Origin: Dehalococcoidia bacterium
Lineage (GTDB): Bacteria; Chloroflexota; Dehalococcoidia; SM23-28-2; RBG-16-64-32
Length of the DNA: 64,000 nt
Direction of reading: 5' to 3'
NCBI GenBank assembly: GCA_963665775.2
Contig: CAXXTF010000002.1
Span: 448,001 to 512,000 of the forward strand
This document shows positions 41,263 to 51,994 of this stretch, in pieces (position 1 is the stretch's first letter; the number at the start of each line of letters is the position of its first letter). The translations under genes and the position numbers were made by a program. The notes beneath the pieces are model-generated. The model was given only the letters and a program-made list of their open reading frames with translations, was not told the DNA's origin and searched no databases.

Positions 41263-42093
41263 CTAGAGGTAGGCTTGGGAGAGTGTGACGATGAGGAGCC
41301 CCAAGGCAGCGATCCCAGCGAACTCCCCGGCCGTGCGGATACTTGGTCGATACGCCAAATGATTGTGCATTAGCCCGGTCAGCAGGTAGAAGGCCAGCAG
41401 CAGGGAGACCGCCGCGGCACCGCCCTCCAAGGGGAGAAAGTGCACCGCCCAGGCGCCCTCCGACAGAAGGATTGCGATGGCTGCCGCATACAGCAGCGTG
41501 TATGAGGTATCCATCGCCTCCTCCCGCAGAAATTCGATCGCTAATAGAAGGCTGACAGTTCCAGTGGCGAAGGTGGCTGTCACCAGGCCAAGGTCGAAGT
41601 CGTAGATAATGGCGAAGAATAGGAAGGCCGTAATGTAAGTCGCCACGTTCAGAATCAGTCGCGCAGACTGATAGCGAGGCGATTCGCGGTCGACCGAAGC
41701 GTACTCGGCGTGAAGGATCGCCCAGAATGGGATGCCGGCCAGGAAACCGGTGGCCAGGGTCCAGAAGCCCTCCGCCACCTCCTCCAGAAACAGTCCTACA
41801 GCCAGCGTGAACAGCACCGGCACGATCATGAACAATGCCGTGTCATCCAGCCGCTGGGAGCGCCCTTGTGGGTGGGAGCGGATGATCCCCCTGGTGCCCA
41901 GAGCGCTCAGACCGGAGAGGAGGAGGAGAAGCCAGTGCTGAGTAGGCTCGATCGCTAGGATGGTGGTAAGCCCTATGGCGAACAGGACCGCCATCACGTG
42001 GACGGTGTCGACATGACCCACGAGGGCGTTCAGCGCCGTTGGCACCCGCTCATCGACTCGCTCAGTCGGCCGCATGGGCGTTAATTTCTTCAC
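41263..42093 (-). CDS. Conserved polytopic membrane protein (DUF5656-like)
   Basis: About 9 hydrophobic helices; directly follows mfd. Confidence 0.7.
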   Translation of the reverse strand: MKKLTPMRPTERVDERVPTALNALVGHVDTVHVMAVLFAIGLTTILAIEPTQHWLLLLLSGLSALGTRGIIRSHPQGRSQRLDDTALFMIVPVLFTLAVGLFLEEVAEGFWTLATGFLAGIPFWAILHAEYASVDRESPRYQSARLILNVATYITAFLFFAIIYDFDLGLVTATFATGTVSLLLAIEFLREEAMDTSYTLLYAAAIAILLSEGAWAVHFLPLEGGAAAVSLLLAFYLLTGLMHNHLAYRPSIRTAGEFAGIAALGLLIVTLSQAYL

Positions 42094-42126
42094 GGTGGCG
42101 TATGCTAATTGCTCAGATTCTGGGTG

Positions 42127-45100
42127 TCAAACCTTGAGGCTTTCCGAGCCATGGGCCCCATCTACCTTCGGATGCGCCTCTCCTACCTTGCTGGCTGCCG
42201 CCAGCTGCTCCAGCGCCCAGCGCAGCCGCTGCCGCCAGCCGTCGCCCATCTCCACCCTCAGCAGCGTCCGACCCACCTGCACCCCCCTGGGCGCCTGAGG
42301 CTCGATGGCCTCTTGGGGTAGTAGTAGCCCTTCCCTCAGCCGGACGATGGCCTCTCTATCCTCCGCCAATATCGACCGTACACCGGCCTGGGCAGCCAGC
42401 GTACGCAGAGATATGACGTACAGGAGGTTGCGAGCGGCTGGCGGCGGTTCCCCAAAGCGATCCACCATCTCCTGGCCGATAGTGCTCACCGCCTGGGGGC
42501 CGGCCGCCGCGCTCAGCCGCTGGTACAGCGCGAGACGAAGGTTGAGGTCCGGCACGTAGGAAGGCGGCAGGTGAGCGGATAGGGGTAGCTCGATGGTCAC
42601 CTCCGGTACCTCAGGGATCTCTGTTGCGGGCTCGTCCGCCGTCGTGGCCCGCAACCTCTCCACCGCCTCCGCCAGGAGCCGACAGTACAGATCGAATCCC
42701 ACGGTTGCCATGAAGCCGCTCTGCTCGCTTCCCAGGAGGCTGCCGGCGCCACGGATCTCCAGATCCCGCAGGGCGATCTGGAACCCGGCCCCCAACTCCG
42801 TCGCCTCGAAGATCGTCTGTAGTCGTTGCCGCGCTGTCGGGGTGAGCCGCGCCTTGCGATCGTATAGCAGGTAGGCGTAGGCCCTATGGGCGCCCCGGCC
42901 GACGCGTCCCCTCAGCTGATACATCTGCCCCAGCCCCAGCTTGTCGGCCTGGTTGATGATGATCGTATTGACGTTAGGTATATCCAGCCCCGACTCGATG
43001 ATGGTGGTGCAGACCAATACGTCCGTGCGGCCCCGGACAAACTCGTCCATCGCCCGCTCCAGCTCTCGCTCATCCATCTGGCCGTGGCCGATGCCTACCG
43101 TGGCCTCCGGCACGATCTCCCGCACCTTCTCCGCGATAGAGTGGATGTTGCGCACCCGGTTATGCACGAAGTATATTTGCCCGCCGCGCTCCAACTCCCG
43201 CACGATCGCTTCCCTCACCAGCCGCTCGTCGAACTCGCTGACGTAGGTCTTGATGGGGAGGCGTTCCTCCGGTGGCGTCTCCATGACGGACATATCGCGG
43301 ATGCCGCCCAGCGCCATGTACAGGGTGCGCGGTATCGGTGTGGCGGAGAGGGTGAGCACGTCCACCTCGCGCCGCATCTGCTTCAGCCGCTCTTTGTGAG
43401 AAACGCCGAACCGCTGCTCCTCGTCGATAATCACCAGCCCCAGCTCCTTGAAGGATATGTCCTTCTGTAGCAGCCGGTGGGTGCCGATAACGATGTCGAG
43501 GGCACCCGAAGCCAGCTCCCCGATAACCTGGCGCTGCTCGCTCTCTGTGCGGAAGCGCGACAGCACCTCCACGCTAACGGGGAACGCCGCCAGCCGCTCG
43601 CGAAAGGTCTGGTAGTGCTGCTGGGCCAGGACAGTGGTCGGCACCAGGATCGCTACCTGCCGGCCCTCCATAACGGCCTTGAAGGCGGCGCGGATCGCCA
43701 CCTCCGTCTTGCCGTATCCGACGTCGCCGCAGACCAGCCGGTCCATCGGCCGCGATGCCTCCATCTCTTCCTTCACCTTGGCGATGGCGGCCGTCTGGTC
43801 TGCGGTCTCCAGGTAGGGGAAAGAGGCCTCCAGCTCCGCCTGCCACGGCGTGTCCGGCGGGTATCCGTGACCCGCGATCACCTCTCGGGCGGAGTATAGG
43901 GCCAGCAGATCTACGGCCAGGGCCTGGACCGCCCCCCGGACGCGTTGCTTGGCTCGCTGCCAGTCGCTGTTGCCCAGGCGGGTCAGGTGAGGCTCCCGGC
44001 CGGGCCGGCCCAGGTAGCGGCTTACCCTGTCCACCTGGTCCGCGGGCAGGAACAGCTTGTCGCCCTCCGCGTAGCGCAGATCCAGGTACTCCCGCTCGTG
44101 GCCATCTATGGTCATCCGCACCAACCCGGCGAAGCGGGCGATGCCGTGGTCGATGTGCACCACGTAGTCGTCGTTGGCGATCTCGGCCAGGAACGCCTCC
44201 CGGTTCACCGCCTTGCGGGGCGGTGTCCGTCGCTGCTTGGCGAAGCCGAACACCTCCGAGTCGGTGATCAGCGTCATCTCCAGCCCGTCCTCGCTGAGTC
44301 GCCAGCCGCCCGAAAGCGAGCCCTGGACCAGGGTAAGCCTCGGTGGCTCCGAGCTTACATCCGATACAACCGATACGGGGGCCCCCTCGTCTGTTAGGAG
44401 CTCCGCCAGCCGCTGCGCCTGCTGGGAGACGATGACCGTGCGCGAGCCTGCCCTGTCCCGGCGCAACACTTCGGTTACCAGACGCCGCAGCTGGCCGGCG
44501 TAGGCCTCTGCCGCCGCGAAGGGTAGGCGAACGGCGTTTGGCTCCTCCCCGGTGGCCCAGCGCGAGAGCCGCAGCAGGCGAGGCATCTCCTCCAGCGCCT
44601 GACGAAGCCGCGGCCACGGTTCCAGAGGGGATGGCAGACCCCCTGGGATCTCCCCGCGCGCTTCCATCTCCAGACGGGTGGCGTCCGTCTGCCCCTGTGC
44701 CTCCTCTATGGCCGCCGCGATCTCCGTCTCCTCGTCCACGAGCGCCAGCGCGCCAGGCGGCAAGTGCTCCAGTAACGTCCCGTCCGCCAGGAAAGGAGCG
44801 TAGAAGCTATCGCCGCTGAAGCCGACTCCCTCTCTCAGGTACGAGAGCTCTTCCTCGAAGCGCTGTCGTACCCCCCGCGAGCATGCCGAGAGGTCCAGGC
44901 TGGATAGCACGCCTCCGCCGGCGCCGGGGCTCAGCACCGCTTCCCGGGCGGGCCCCAGCGTCACCTCGTCGACAGTACGCACCGAGCGCTGGGTCGCCGG
45001 GTCGAACAGGCGCAGGCTCTCCACCTCGCGCCCCACTAGCTCGATGCGCAGCGGTAGCTGTGACGCGGGCGGGAAGACGTCGATGATGCCACCACGACGG

Positions 45101-45645
45101 CTGGCCTGGCCGGCCTCCTGCACCAGGGGCTCCATCACATAACCGGCGGCGGAAAGCCTGGCCAGGAAAGCATCCATCTCCAACCGTTGACCCGCCTTTA
45201 GCCTCTGGGTGGCGTTCTGGGCCCCGCCGACCGAGAGCGTCCTCTGGGCCAGCGCCAGCGCCGAGGCGACGATCACCCGGGCCCCCGTCTTCGCCATCGC
45301 CACCGCCTGCAGACGATCCCGCACCGCGTCCGAGTCGGGCGCGAGCCGCTCATAGGGGAGATCGTCCCGCTCTGGGAACAGGAGTATCCGCTCCTGGTCT
45401 CCCAGCCATGTCGCCAGCTCCTCGGCCAGAGCCTCGGCGCCTTGTGGCCGGGGGGTAATCACGATAACCGGCGACTGCTGGTCGTGGACCAGGGCGGCCA
45501 CGGTAGCGGCCTTCGTAGGATCGTTCACGCCTACGGTGAGGCGGACGTTCGCTCCGCCGATGCGCTCTCGCAGACGAGCGAACGACGGCGCCTGCGATAT
45601 GACGGACAATAGCCCCGATAGGTTCACTGCTTCTCGGTCAGACAT
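42127..45645 (-). CDS. mfd: Transcription-repair coupling factor
   Basis: YVVHIDHGI, CGDVGYGKT, DEEQRFG, SATPIPRT and QLRGRVGR motifs. Confidence 0.98.
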   Translation of the reverse strand: MSDREAVNLSGLLSVISQAPSFARLRERIGGANVRLTVGVNDPTKAATVAALVHDQQSPVIVITPRPQGAEALAEELATWLGDQERILLFPERDDLPYERLAPDSDAVRDRLQAVAMAKTGARVIVASALALAQRTLSVGGAQNATQRLKAGQRLEMDAFLARLSAAGYVMEPLVQEAGQASRRGGIIDVFPPASQLPLRIELVGREVESLRLFDPATQRSVRTVDEVTLGPAREAVLSPGAGGGVLSSLDLSACSRGVRQRFEEELSYLREGVGFSGDSFYAPFLADGTLLEHLPPGALALVDEETEIAAAIEEAQGQTDATRLEMEARGEIPGGLPSPLEPWPRLRQALEEMPRLLRLSRWATGEEPNAVRLPFAAAEAYAGQLRRLVTEVLRRDRAGSRTVIVSQQAQRLAELLTDEGAPVSVVSDVSSEPPRLTLVQGSLSGGWRLSEDGLEMTLITDSEVFGFAKQRRTPPRKAVNREAFLAEIANDDYVVHIDHGIARFAGLVRMTIDGHEREYLDLRYAEGDKLFLPADQVDRVSRYLGRPGREPHLTRLGNSDWQRAKQRVRGAVQALAVDLLALYSAREVIAGHGYPPDTPWQAELEASFPYLETADQTAAIAKVKEEMEASRPMDRLVCGDVGYGKTEVAIRAAFKAVMEGRQVAILVPTTVLAQQHYQTFRERLAAFPVSVEVLSRFRTESEQRQVIGELASGALDIVIGTHRLLQKDISFKELGLVIIDEEQRFGVSHKERLKQMRREVDVLTLSATPIPRTLYMALGGIRDMSVMETPPEERLPIKTYVSEFDERLVREAIVRELERGGQIYFVHNRVRNIHSIAEKVREIVPEATVGIGHGQMDERELERAMDEFVRGRTDVLVCTTIIESGLDIPNVNTIIINQADKLGLGQMYQLRGRVGRGAHRAYAYLLYDRKARLTPTARQRLQTIFEATELGAGFQIALRDLEIRGAGSLLGSEQSGFMATVGFDLYCRLLAEAVERLRATTADEPATEIPEVPEVTIELPLSAHLPPSYVPDLNLRLALYQRLSAAAGPQAVSTIGQEMVDRFGEPPPAARNLLYVISLRTLAAQAGVRSILAEDREAIVRLREGLLLPQEAIEPQAPRGVQVGRTLLRVEMGDGWRQRLRWALEQLAAASKVGEAHPKVDGAHGSESLKV

Positions 45646-45723
45646 CCTCGTCCCTAACGCCTCCAAGGGCCCCGCTCCCAAGGGGGCCCACGGACGATAT
45701 TCTATCACGGCCTAGGGGTTGCT

Positions 45724-46314
45724 CTAGCGATTGTACAGGTTCATCGCCGCCTCCAGCCCCTCGCTCGTAAGAACCCCTACGGCCTCGGCTGCCGCAGTCA
45801 CGGCATCCTGCAACGCCTCCAGCTCCTGCTGCGGCGGGTCGCTCAGCACCCAGGCCGCTACGTCGTCGGGGTCCCATACGGGTTGGTCGTCCACAACCGG
45901 GCGGCCGATACCGATGCGGAGGCGGGGGAAATCTGTGCTGCCTATAGTCCCGATGATGGAGCGGAGGCCGTTGTGGCCGCCGTGGCCTCCCCTGGCCCGC
46001 AGCCGCAGCTTGCCCGGCGGCATGTCCAGGTCATCGCAGATCACCAGCAGCCGCTCGGGGCTGAGGGACGCCTGCTTGAGGACGGCCGAAACGGCATGGC
46101 CACTGCGGTTGACATAAGTGCGAGGCTTGGCCAGGACCAGCGACCGAGTGGTGCCGCTGCCTTCACCCAACGTCGCCAGACGCCGCGCCTTTAGCGGGAT
46201 GCTGTGGAGACGGGCCAGACGGTTGACGCACCAGTAGCCGACGTTGTGTCGGTTGTGCGAGTAAGAGCGGCCTGGGTTGCCCAGACCTACGATGAGCCAC
46301 CGGTCAGCGGGCAT
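45724..46314 (-). CDS. pth: Peptidyl-tRNA hydrolase
   Basis: IVGLGNPG, RHNVG, GGHNGLRS and RLRIGIGRP motifs. Confidence 0.97.
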   Translation of the reverse strand: MPADRWLIVGLGNPGRSYSHNRHNVGYWCVNRLARLHSIPLKARRLATLGEGSGTTRSLVLAKPRTYVNRSGHAVSAVLKQASLSPERLLVICDDLDMPPGKLRLRARGGHGGHNGLRSIIGTIGSTDFPRLRIGIGRPVVDDQPVWDPDDVAAWVLSDPPQQELEALQDAVTAAAEAVGVLTSEGLEAAMNLYNR

Positions 46315-46328
46315 GCCGCCATTTTAGC

Positions 46329-47980
46329 TCATCTCCTGGATCTCTTGCTGGAGCCGCTCTTGATGACTGGCTTAGGAGGAGGGAGGGAGCGGGCGCTGGC
46401 CCGAAAAGCGCGATCGAGGATGCGGGCTAGCTCGCGTAGAGTCTCCTGCGCGTCCTCTACGTTGGGCGAACCCCTTCCTCCAGGCGGGACATGATCGGAT
46501 TCAGGAGCGAACCGATGCGGGCCTCCACCAGGAAGCGACGCAGGTAGCCCACTAGCTCGTCGTCCAGGACCTCCGGCAGCGAGGCCAACTGCGCGGCTTG
46601 GATCACCTTCAGGAACCGCTCCACCCGGGCGTCGCCGCTCCTCTCCAGCACCTGACGTATGGTTACCGAAGAGAGCCGCGTCATCTGGCGTTCGATGGCC
46701 CGCTCAATCTGCTGAAGGATCTCTGCGGTCCGCTTTGCGGGTGGTTCCTGGTCCAGACGCAAGCGGCAGGCCGGGCAGACGGCCGCGTCGCTCAGTCCCT
46801 CATCGACACCCACGATGATCCAGCACTTGGGAGGGTCATCCAGGAGTTCCTGGTAGGCGCTCATCGTTCTCTCGTCGACCGCTGGTCCCAACTCCGTCAG
46901 GGTGTTGAGCCTGGTCAGCGCCTCCACCTGACTTTTCGCCTCCAGGAGCTGGCCACGCAGGCGGTCCAGCTCCGTCCAGTAGCTTCTGTGATGGCGTTCG
47001 TACCGGCTGCGGTAGCTCTTGTGAAAATGATCCAGCGCCGCTCGGGCAGTGTCCAGACCATGCGGTTCCGCGACGAGGCTCGCGAACTGGAGCTGCTCCA
47101 TGACGATCGCCTTGTCCAGGGCGAGATCATGGTCTGTCGGTGGAACCGCCGCCTCCCTGACGAAGGCGCGCATCGCCAGCACCTCCAGGGCATCGGGGAG
47201 CCGCTCCTCCAGCGCTCGCGCCAGGTAAGCGTCCTCCGCCAGGGAGGTCACCTTGGGACAGAGTTCGTGGGCCAGGGCTAGGAATGGCCCGCCCTCCTTG
47301 GCAACGGCCAGTCGAGAGAGGCGGTCCAGGGCAGCGGCCGGCTCCGGTTCCGCCTCTCGCCGGGCTTTACGTAGAGCCGCCTGGGCGTTGTTGATGATCC
47401 GGCCGAGCGCGCTCATCAGCTCTCCGTAGGAGCCCCGGCGAGGGGCAATGGGAGCCGTTAGAGCCACGGCTAGAGCGGTCAGATAGCCGGCGGTGGCCTG
47501 GCAAGTCAGGAGGTCCCGGGCCAGCAGCTCCAGGTGGGGCTTGCCGCTCTTGAAGACGAGCTCAGGCGTGATTGTCAGTTCCGTTGCCGCGTACAGCTTA
47601 CCCCCACGCAGGAGCTTAGCCTCCGCGGCCGTCAACGACCGCCGCGGCGCTTGCGTACGGTGTTCATAGGTGACGGCTGCTTCCCGCACGGCTGATTGCT
47701 CCCATACCGTCGGTGCAGGAGCGCAGATAACGGTTCCCGGCGGCACCTGGGGCGATCCCTCCGGCGGCTCGCTCAGGATGACGATGCAAAAGTCACCGCC
47801 ACGGCGCTCGATGTCAGCCGCTGTGGCGTCGTCCCAGCGCGTCGCTCTCAAGACGTCGCCCTCGCGCCGGTCGCCAAAGGCGTCGAGGAGAGAGATGTGC
47901 TGGGGGTCCCCCCTGGCGCCAGTGGTCTGTGGGCTGGAGACCTCAGCCTCTTGGTTTGAGCCCGGTTGCGAATGATACAT
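46329..47980 (-). CDS. Hypothetical helical protein with a C..CPxC zinc motif; apparent frameshift near 46472
   Basis: 507-aa ORF. The shifted frame continues as helical SPNVEDAQETLRELARILDRAF to a TGA at 46329. Confidence 0.65.
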
Positions 47981-48090
47981 ATCGCAGCAATTCCCGCGGG
48001 TTTACGATCCTTACGGCGTATGGCCCTTCTGTAGATATATATCGCGGCAAAGCTAAAAACGTTAAAAATCTGGTGTCAACTCGGTTCTGG

Positions 48091-48801
48091 CTAGCGCACC
48101 ACGATCCGAGCGTCCACCGTAATGGCCCCGTCCTCATAGGCGAACACCGGATTCAGGTCCAGCTCCTCGATCTCCGGATGGGCCTCCGCGAGGTCTGATA
48201 GCTGTAGAAGCAGCCTCTCCAGCGCGCCCAGATCCGCCCGCTCCTGGCCGCGGTAGCCCTCAAGCACCGGGAACCCCTTGATCTCGTGGATCATCTGGCG
48301 GGCGTCTCGCGGCTCAAGGGGCACGATCCGGAACGAGACATCTTTCAGCACCTCCACAAGGATACCCCCTAGCCCGAACATGAGCACCGGCCCGAACTGC
48401 GGGTCCAGGCTCATCCCTACGATAACCTCGATGCCCGGACGCGCCATCGGTTGCACCGACACCCCAACGATCGGCGCTTGGGGCTGCCGCCGCTTGACCG
48501 CGGCGATGATCTCTTCGAAAGCGCTCTGAACATCCTCGTCGGAATGCAGGCCCAGTCTCACGCCGCCTACATCCGACTTATGGGTCACAGCCGGGGAGAC
48601 GATCTTCAGGGCCACGGGGTATCCAACCTCGGCGGCGGCTCGGGTCGCATCCGCGGTTGTGCGAGCCAAGCTGGCCTTGATCGTAGGGATGCCGGCCTCT
48701 TCCAGCAGCTGCTTGGACTCCACCTCCGTGAGGAGAGTGCGCCCCTGGCTCCTGGCCTTATCGATAACCTCAGCGATAGACATACCCCCTCCGGCCATCA
48801 A
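48091..48801 (-). CDS. Acetate-CoA ligase (ADP-forming) beta-type ATP-grasp subunit
   Basis: LTEVESKQLL, HKSDVGGV, DPQFGPVLMFGLGG and ELDLNPV motifs. Confidence 0.9.
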   Translation of the reverse strand: MMAGGGMSIAEVIDKARSQGRTLLTEVESKQLLEEAGIPTIKASLARTTADATRAAAEVGYPVALKIVSPAVTHKSDVGGVRLGLHSDEDVQSAFEEIIAAVKRRQPQAPIVGVSVQPMARPGIEVIVGMSLDPQFGPVLMFGLGGILVEVLKDVSFRIVPLEPRDARQMIHEIKGFPVLEGYRGQERADLGALERLLLQLSDLAEAHPEIEELDLNPVFAYEDGAITVDARIVVR

Positions 48802-48869
48802 GCGTGCCCACGAAGAGGCCCCCTGCCAGAGGCGTCACCAATAGGTGGCGCGGCAGTTCGGATGCGTTT

Positions 48870-49076
48870 TTACGGTTTGCTGCGCTGCCCGTTCGACGTC
48901 CTTCGCACCGGGGAGAGCGTCTGGCGCTGGTTATAGTTGAAGAACTCCCGGCTAGCTCCGCACAACCGGCAAGTGCCCCTACTGGTCTCCCCGGCTGGAC
49001 TCTCGATGAGCCAGTGATGCGCGCAGGGATCGTCTTCGGATGGGCCCACGTTGATGATCGCCTGGTCACCTACCAT
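48870..49076 (-). CDS. Small zinc-ribbon protein
   Basis: CAHHWLIE..GTCRLCGASREF; GGAGG RBS. Confidence 0.75.
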   Translation of the reverse strand: MVGDQAIINVGPSEDDPCAHHWLIESPAGETSRGTCRLCGASREFFNYNQRQTLSPVRRTSNGQRSKP

Positions 49077-49448
49077 TGACGGCCTCCCCTGTCACGCCGG
49101 GCCGAAGCCCCAGTCGTCAGCTCTTGGAAGCCGAATCCGCGCGAGCGATCGGCGTGGGTGCGGTAGTGGCGGGTGCGGTAACGATGGAGACCGTAGACGT
49201 ACAACCTACTCACCGGGGGGGCCTCCTCTCGATTCTCCCCGAACCCATCGGGGGAGACCTTACCGCTTGCACACCTGCCTCCAGACTCCGGTGTAGGGAC
49301 GGTGGGAGGCAGACCTTCCCCACTATACACTTTCTGTGGCCACCTGGGTAGCGCCTTCCCATACAGGAGAAGAGACGGATCAAGAGCGATCTGCGGCGGC
49401 GGCGGGTGGTGTTGGTGGCCGGGCGCTTGATCGAAGTAGTGCTTGGCT

Positions 49449-49478
49449 GGTAACTTTTCCACAATGAGTGGCGTTTTA
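49449..49478 (+). promoter_or_regulatory. ECF-sigma-type (autoregulatory) promoter
   Basis: GTAAC-17 bp-CGTTTTA about 80 bp upstream of the ECF sigma gene. Confidence 0.6.
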
Positions 49479-49558
49479 CCCAGTGACGGGGAAAGTAGGG
49501 TATTATACGGGGGCAACCACCTAGCCGCAGCAAGGGGGCTAAATGGGAGGATTGCCCC

Positions 49559-50140
49559 GTGAGGCCTGACGGAGGCGCTCACGCGGAGCGCTCGCTGGTA
49601 GATTCCGCCCGAGAGGGTGACGAAGCGGCGCTCTCCGAACTCTACAATCTCTACTTCCCCCGGATATATCGTTACATCCTTGCCCGCACGGGCAACACAT
49701 ACGACGCCGAGGACCTGGCGGAAGAGGTATTTATGCGCATGCTGGCTGCCATTGAGCGGTTCGAGTGGCGAGACGCTCCTTTCTCCGCTTGGCTGTTCCG
49801 GATCGCGCACAACGCCGTGATCAGCCAGCGGCGACGGGATGGCGCCCGCGGCCCATCGGCGCCGTTATCGGAGAGCTTACCCATGAACTCGCTGGGACCA
49901 GAGGAGTTGGTGGAGAAGCGAATGGCTCTTAACGAGATCATGCGGGCGGCCGAGACGCTGCCGGATGCTCAGCGCCAGGTAATCTCGCTGCGTTTCGCGG
50001 CCGGGCTTTCGGTAGCGGAGACAGCACGGGTTATGAATAAGGGCGAGGGGAACGTAAAGGTAATACAGCACAAGGCGATCGTCAAACTGAGGGAGATGAT
50101 GGGGCAGAGGCCCAGGGTTCATGAAACCAAGAAGTCTTGA
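49559..50140 (+). CDS. ECF-family RNA polymerase sigma factor
   Basis: [21 protein letters not shown] and [20 protein letters not shown] motifs. Confidence 0.93.
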   Translation: MRPDGGAHAERSLVDSAREGDEAALSELYNLYFPRIYRYILARTGNTYDAEDLAEEVFMRMLAAIERFEWRDAPFSAWLFRIAHNAVISQRRRDGARGPSAPLSESLPMNSLGPEELVEKRMALNEIMRAAETLPDAQRQVISLRFAAGLSVAETARVMNKGEGNVKVIQHKAIVKLREMMGQRPRVHETKKS

Positions 50141-51137
50141 ACAGATTCTTGAAGAGTGTCTGTCGGCCTATCTCGAAGGGCGGCGAGGCATCAATGAGAG
50201 TCTCGCTCTCTATCCCGGCTTGGCCGAGGAGCTGGAACCGCTCCTCAGCACGGCGGTCGAGATAGCCGCCCGCGTTGACTATGGGGAGCCCCCGGCGGCG
50301 TTCCAAGAGCAACTACGAGAGCGGTTCCTGATCGCCGCGGCGACGCGCCGTCGGGAGCGGATGCGGGAGCGGAAACCGGTCGCGGCTCAATCGGGATGGG
50401 GCTGGCGGTTCAGGAGCACCTGGTCCCTGGCTGCCGGGGCCACTATAGCGGTCATCGTGGCACTGACGCTGGGCGGCATGGCCTTGCTCCGCGATGGTGA
50501 TGACGGGCCGGGTGGCGTGATCGTAGAGCTGGTGCCTACACCTTCGCCTGCAGCCGAACCAACGGCTGCCCCTTTCGCCGTGGCGGACATCACCTCTCAG
50601 CTGGAGAAGGCGCGAAGTGACCTGGCGGCGCTGCAGGCAGTGTTGGATCGAGGAGACCCTATCGAATCGGGAGAGATCGGCGCCCTGAAGGACAGCACAC
50701 AGGAGATAGTCGATCAGCTGGCCGGCGCCCCCTCGGTCCTAGAGGCGGCCTTGGGCGAAGATGACAAGGAGGCGCTAGCCTCCGTTATCAGTGACGAGTA
50801 CAAGCTGCTATCGTCGCTCGACGAAGCTGAGCTCTCGGAGGGAGAGCTCGCTGATGTGGAGGAGGCGCTGGCGCTCACCGAGGAGCTAGCCAGGAAGCTA
50901 GGCGTGCCTCTCCTAACGCCGACGCCGGAACCGACGCCTACGCCCACGCCAACCGCGACGCCCGAGCCTACACCTACACCTACCCCGACACCCGAACCGA
51001 CTTCAGAGGTTACGCCCACACCGGAGCCGGAGCCGACGCCCTCACCTACGCCGGCGCCGACCACGGAGCCCGAGGTCACACCATCGAACGCCGCGCCAGG
51101 GGCTGTACTGTTTGACACAGTCGGCGAGCAGTCATAG
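50121..51137 (+). CDS. Putative membrane anti-sigma factor with Pro/Thr-repeat tail
   Basis: Overlaps the sigma gene. [16 protein letters not shown]-terminus, one TM helix, (PT/PE)n tail. Confidence 0.75.
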   Translation: MKPRSLEQILEECLSAYLEGRRGINESLALYPGLAEELEPLLSTAVEIAARVDYGEPPAAFQEQLRERFLIAAATRRRERMRERKPVAAQSGWGWRFRSTWSLAAGATIAVIVALTLGGMALLRDGDDGPGGVIVELVPTPSPAAEPTAAPFAVADITSQLEKARSDLAALQAVLDRGDPIESGEIGALKDSTQEIVDQLAGAPSVLEAALGEDDKEALASVISDEYKLLSSLDEAELSEGELADVEEALALTEELARKLGVPLLTPTPEPTPTPTPTATPEPTPTPTPTPEPTSEVTPTPEPEPTPSPTPAPTTEPEVTPSNAAPGAVLFDTVGEQS

Positions 51138-51152
51138 GTTTGACTGCCCGAT

Positions 51153-51941
51153 ATGGCTGAATTAACCCTGTCGGAAGCCGCAGCACGATTCGCAGCTAGC
51201 TTGAGGGATGACGCTCCCGCCTCCACGGCGGTCGTAGTGAACCGGTTCGTGCGATGGTATGGCCCCGACCTCCCGTTAAGCCAACTGCGCGGTCATCAGG
51301 TTTCCCTCTACGCGGATGTCCTGGGCGCAGCCGCTACCGAGGCGAACCGTCGCGCGGACCAGGTAAAGTCCTTCTTGGCCTATCTCAAGAAGGAGGAGCT
51401 GCTAGCAGCAAACCTGGCGCCGCACCTGCGGTTGCGCAAGGCCGGCAAGGCCAAGAAGGGGACAGAGGGCCCATCTCAGGCGACGGTGAAGCTGACCCGT
51501 GAGGGGGAAAGGGCGCTACAAGCCGAGCTGGAGATGCTGGTCGAGCAGCGAGTCGCGGTCCGTCACGATATTCGACTCGCGATGGCGGACAAGGATTTCC
51601 GAGAGAACTCTCCGCTCGATGCTGCCAAGGAGAGGCAGGGCCACATTGAGGCGCGAATCCGGGATCTGGAGGGGACGCTGAGAGGTGCGGCGGTGGTAGA
51701 TGAGGCGGGCCAGGACGGCCGTATACGGGTAGGGAGCACGGTAGTGGTGAAGAACCTGAAAACCGAAACTGTGACGCGCTATACGATTGTGGGGCCGAAG
51801 GAGACGAACGCCGCCGACGGCAAGATATCAAGCGAGTCTCCGGTTGGTAAAGCCCTGTTGGAGCGTGGTGCCGGGGACGAGGTGCAGGTTTCGGCTCCGG
51901 CAGGGGCGTTGCGTATTCGGGTGGAGGAGGTCGAGGGCTAA
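51153..51941 (+). CDS. greA: Transcription elongation factor GreA with a ~100-aa N-terminal extension
   Basis: DKDFRENSPLDAAKERQG and ISSESPVGKALL motifs. Confidence 0.9.
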   Translation: MAELTLSEAAARFAASLRDDAPASTAVVVNRFVRWYGPDLPLSQLRGHQVSLYADVLGAAATEANRRADQVKSFLAYLKKEELLAANLAPHLRLRKAGKAKKGTEGPSQATVKLTREGERALQAELEMLVEQRVAVRHDIRLAMADKDFRENSPLDAAKERQGHIEARIRDLEGTLRGAAVVDEAGQDGRIRVGSTVVVKNLKTETVTRYTIVGPKETNAADGKISSESPVGKALLERGAGDEVQVSAPAGALRIRVEEVEG

Positions 51942-51962
51942 AGCTCCGTCGGCAGTGAGGAT

Positions 51963-51994
51963 AGAGTCTGCCCAGGGGGCAGGCTCTTTTGTTT
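51963..51994 (+). terminator. Rho-independent terminator after greA
   Basis: AGAGTCTGCCC-AGG-GGGCAGGCTCT followed by TTTGTTT. Confidence 0.75.

Noticed and set aside
50915-51080. Low-complexity repeat
   Set aside because: It encodes an ordinary Pro/Thr linker.
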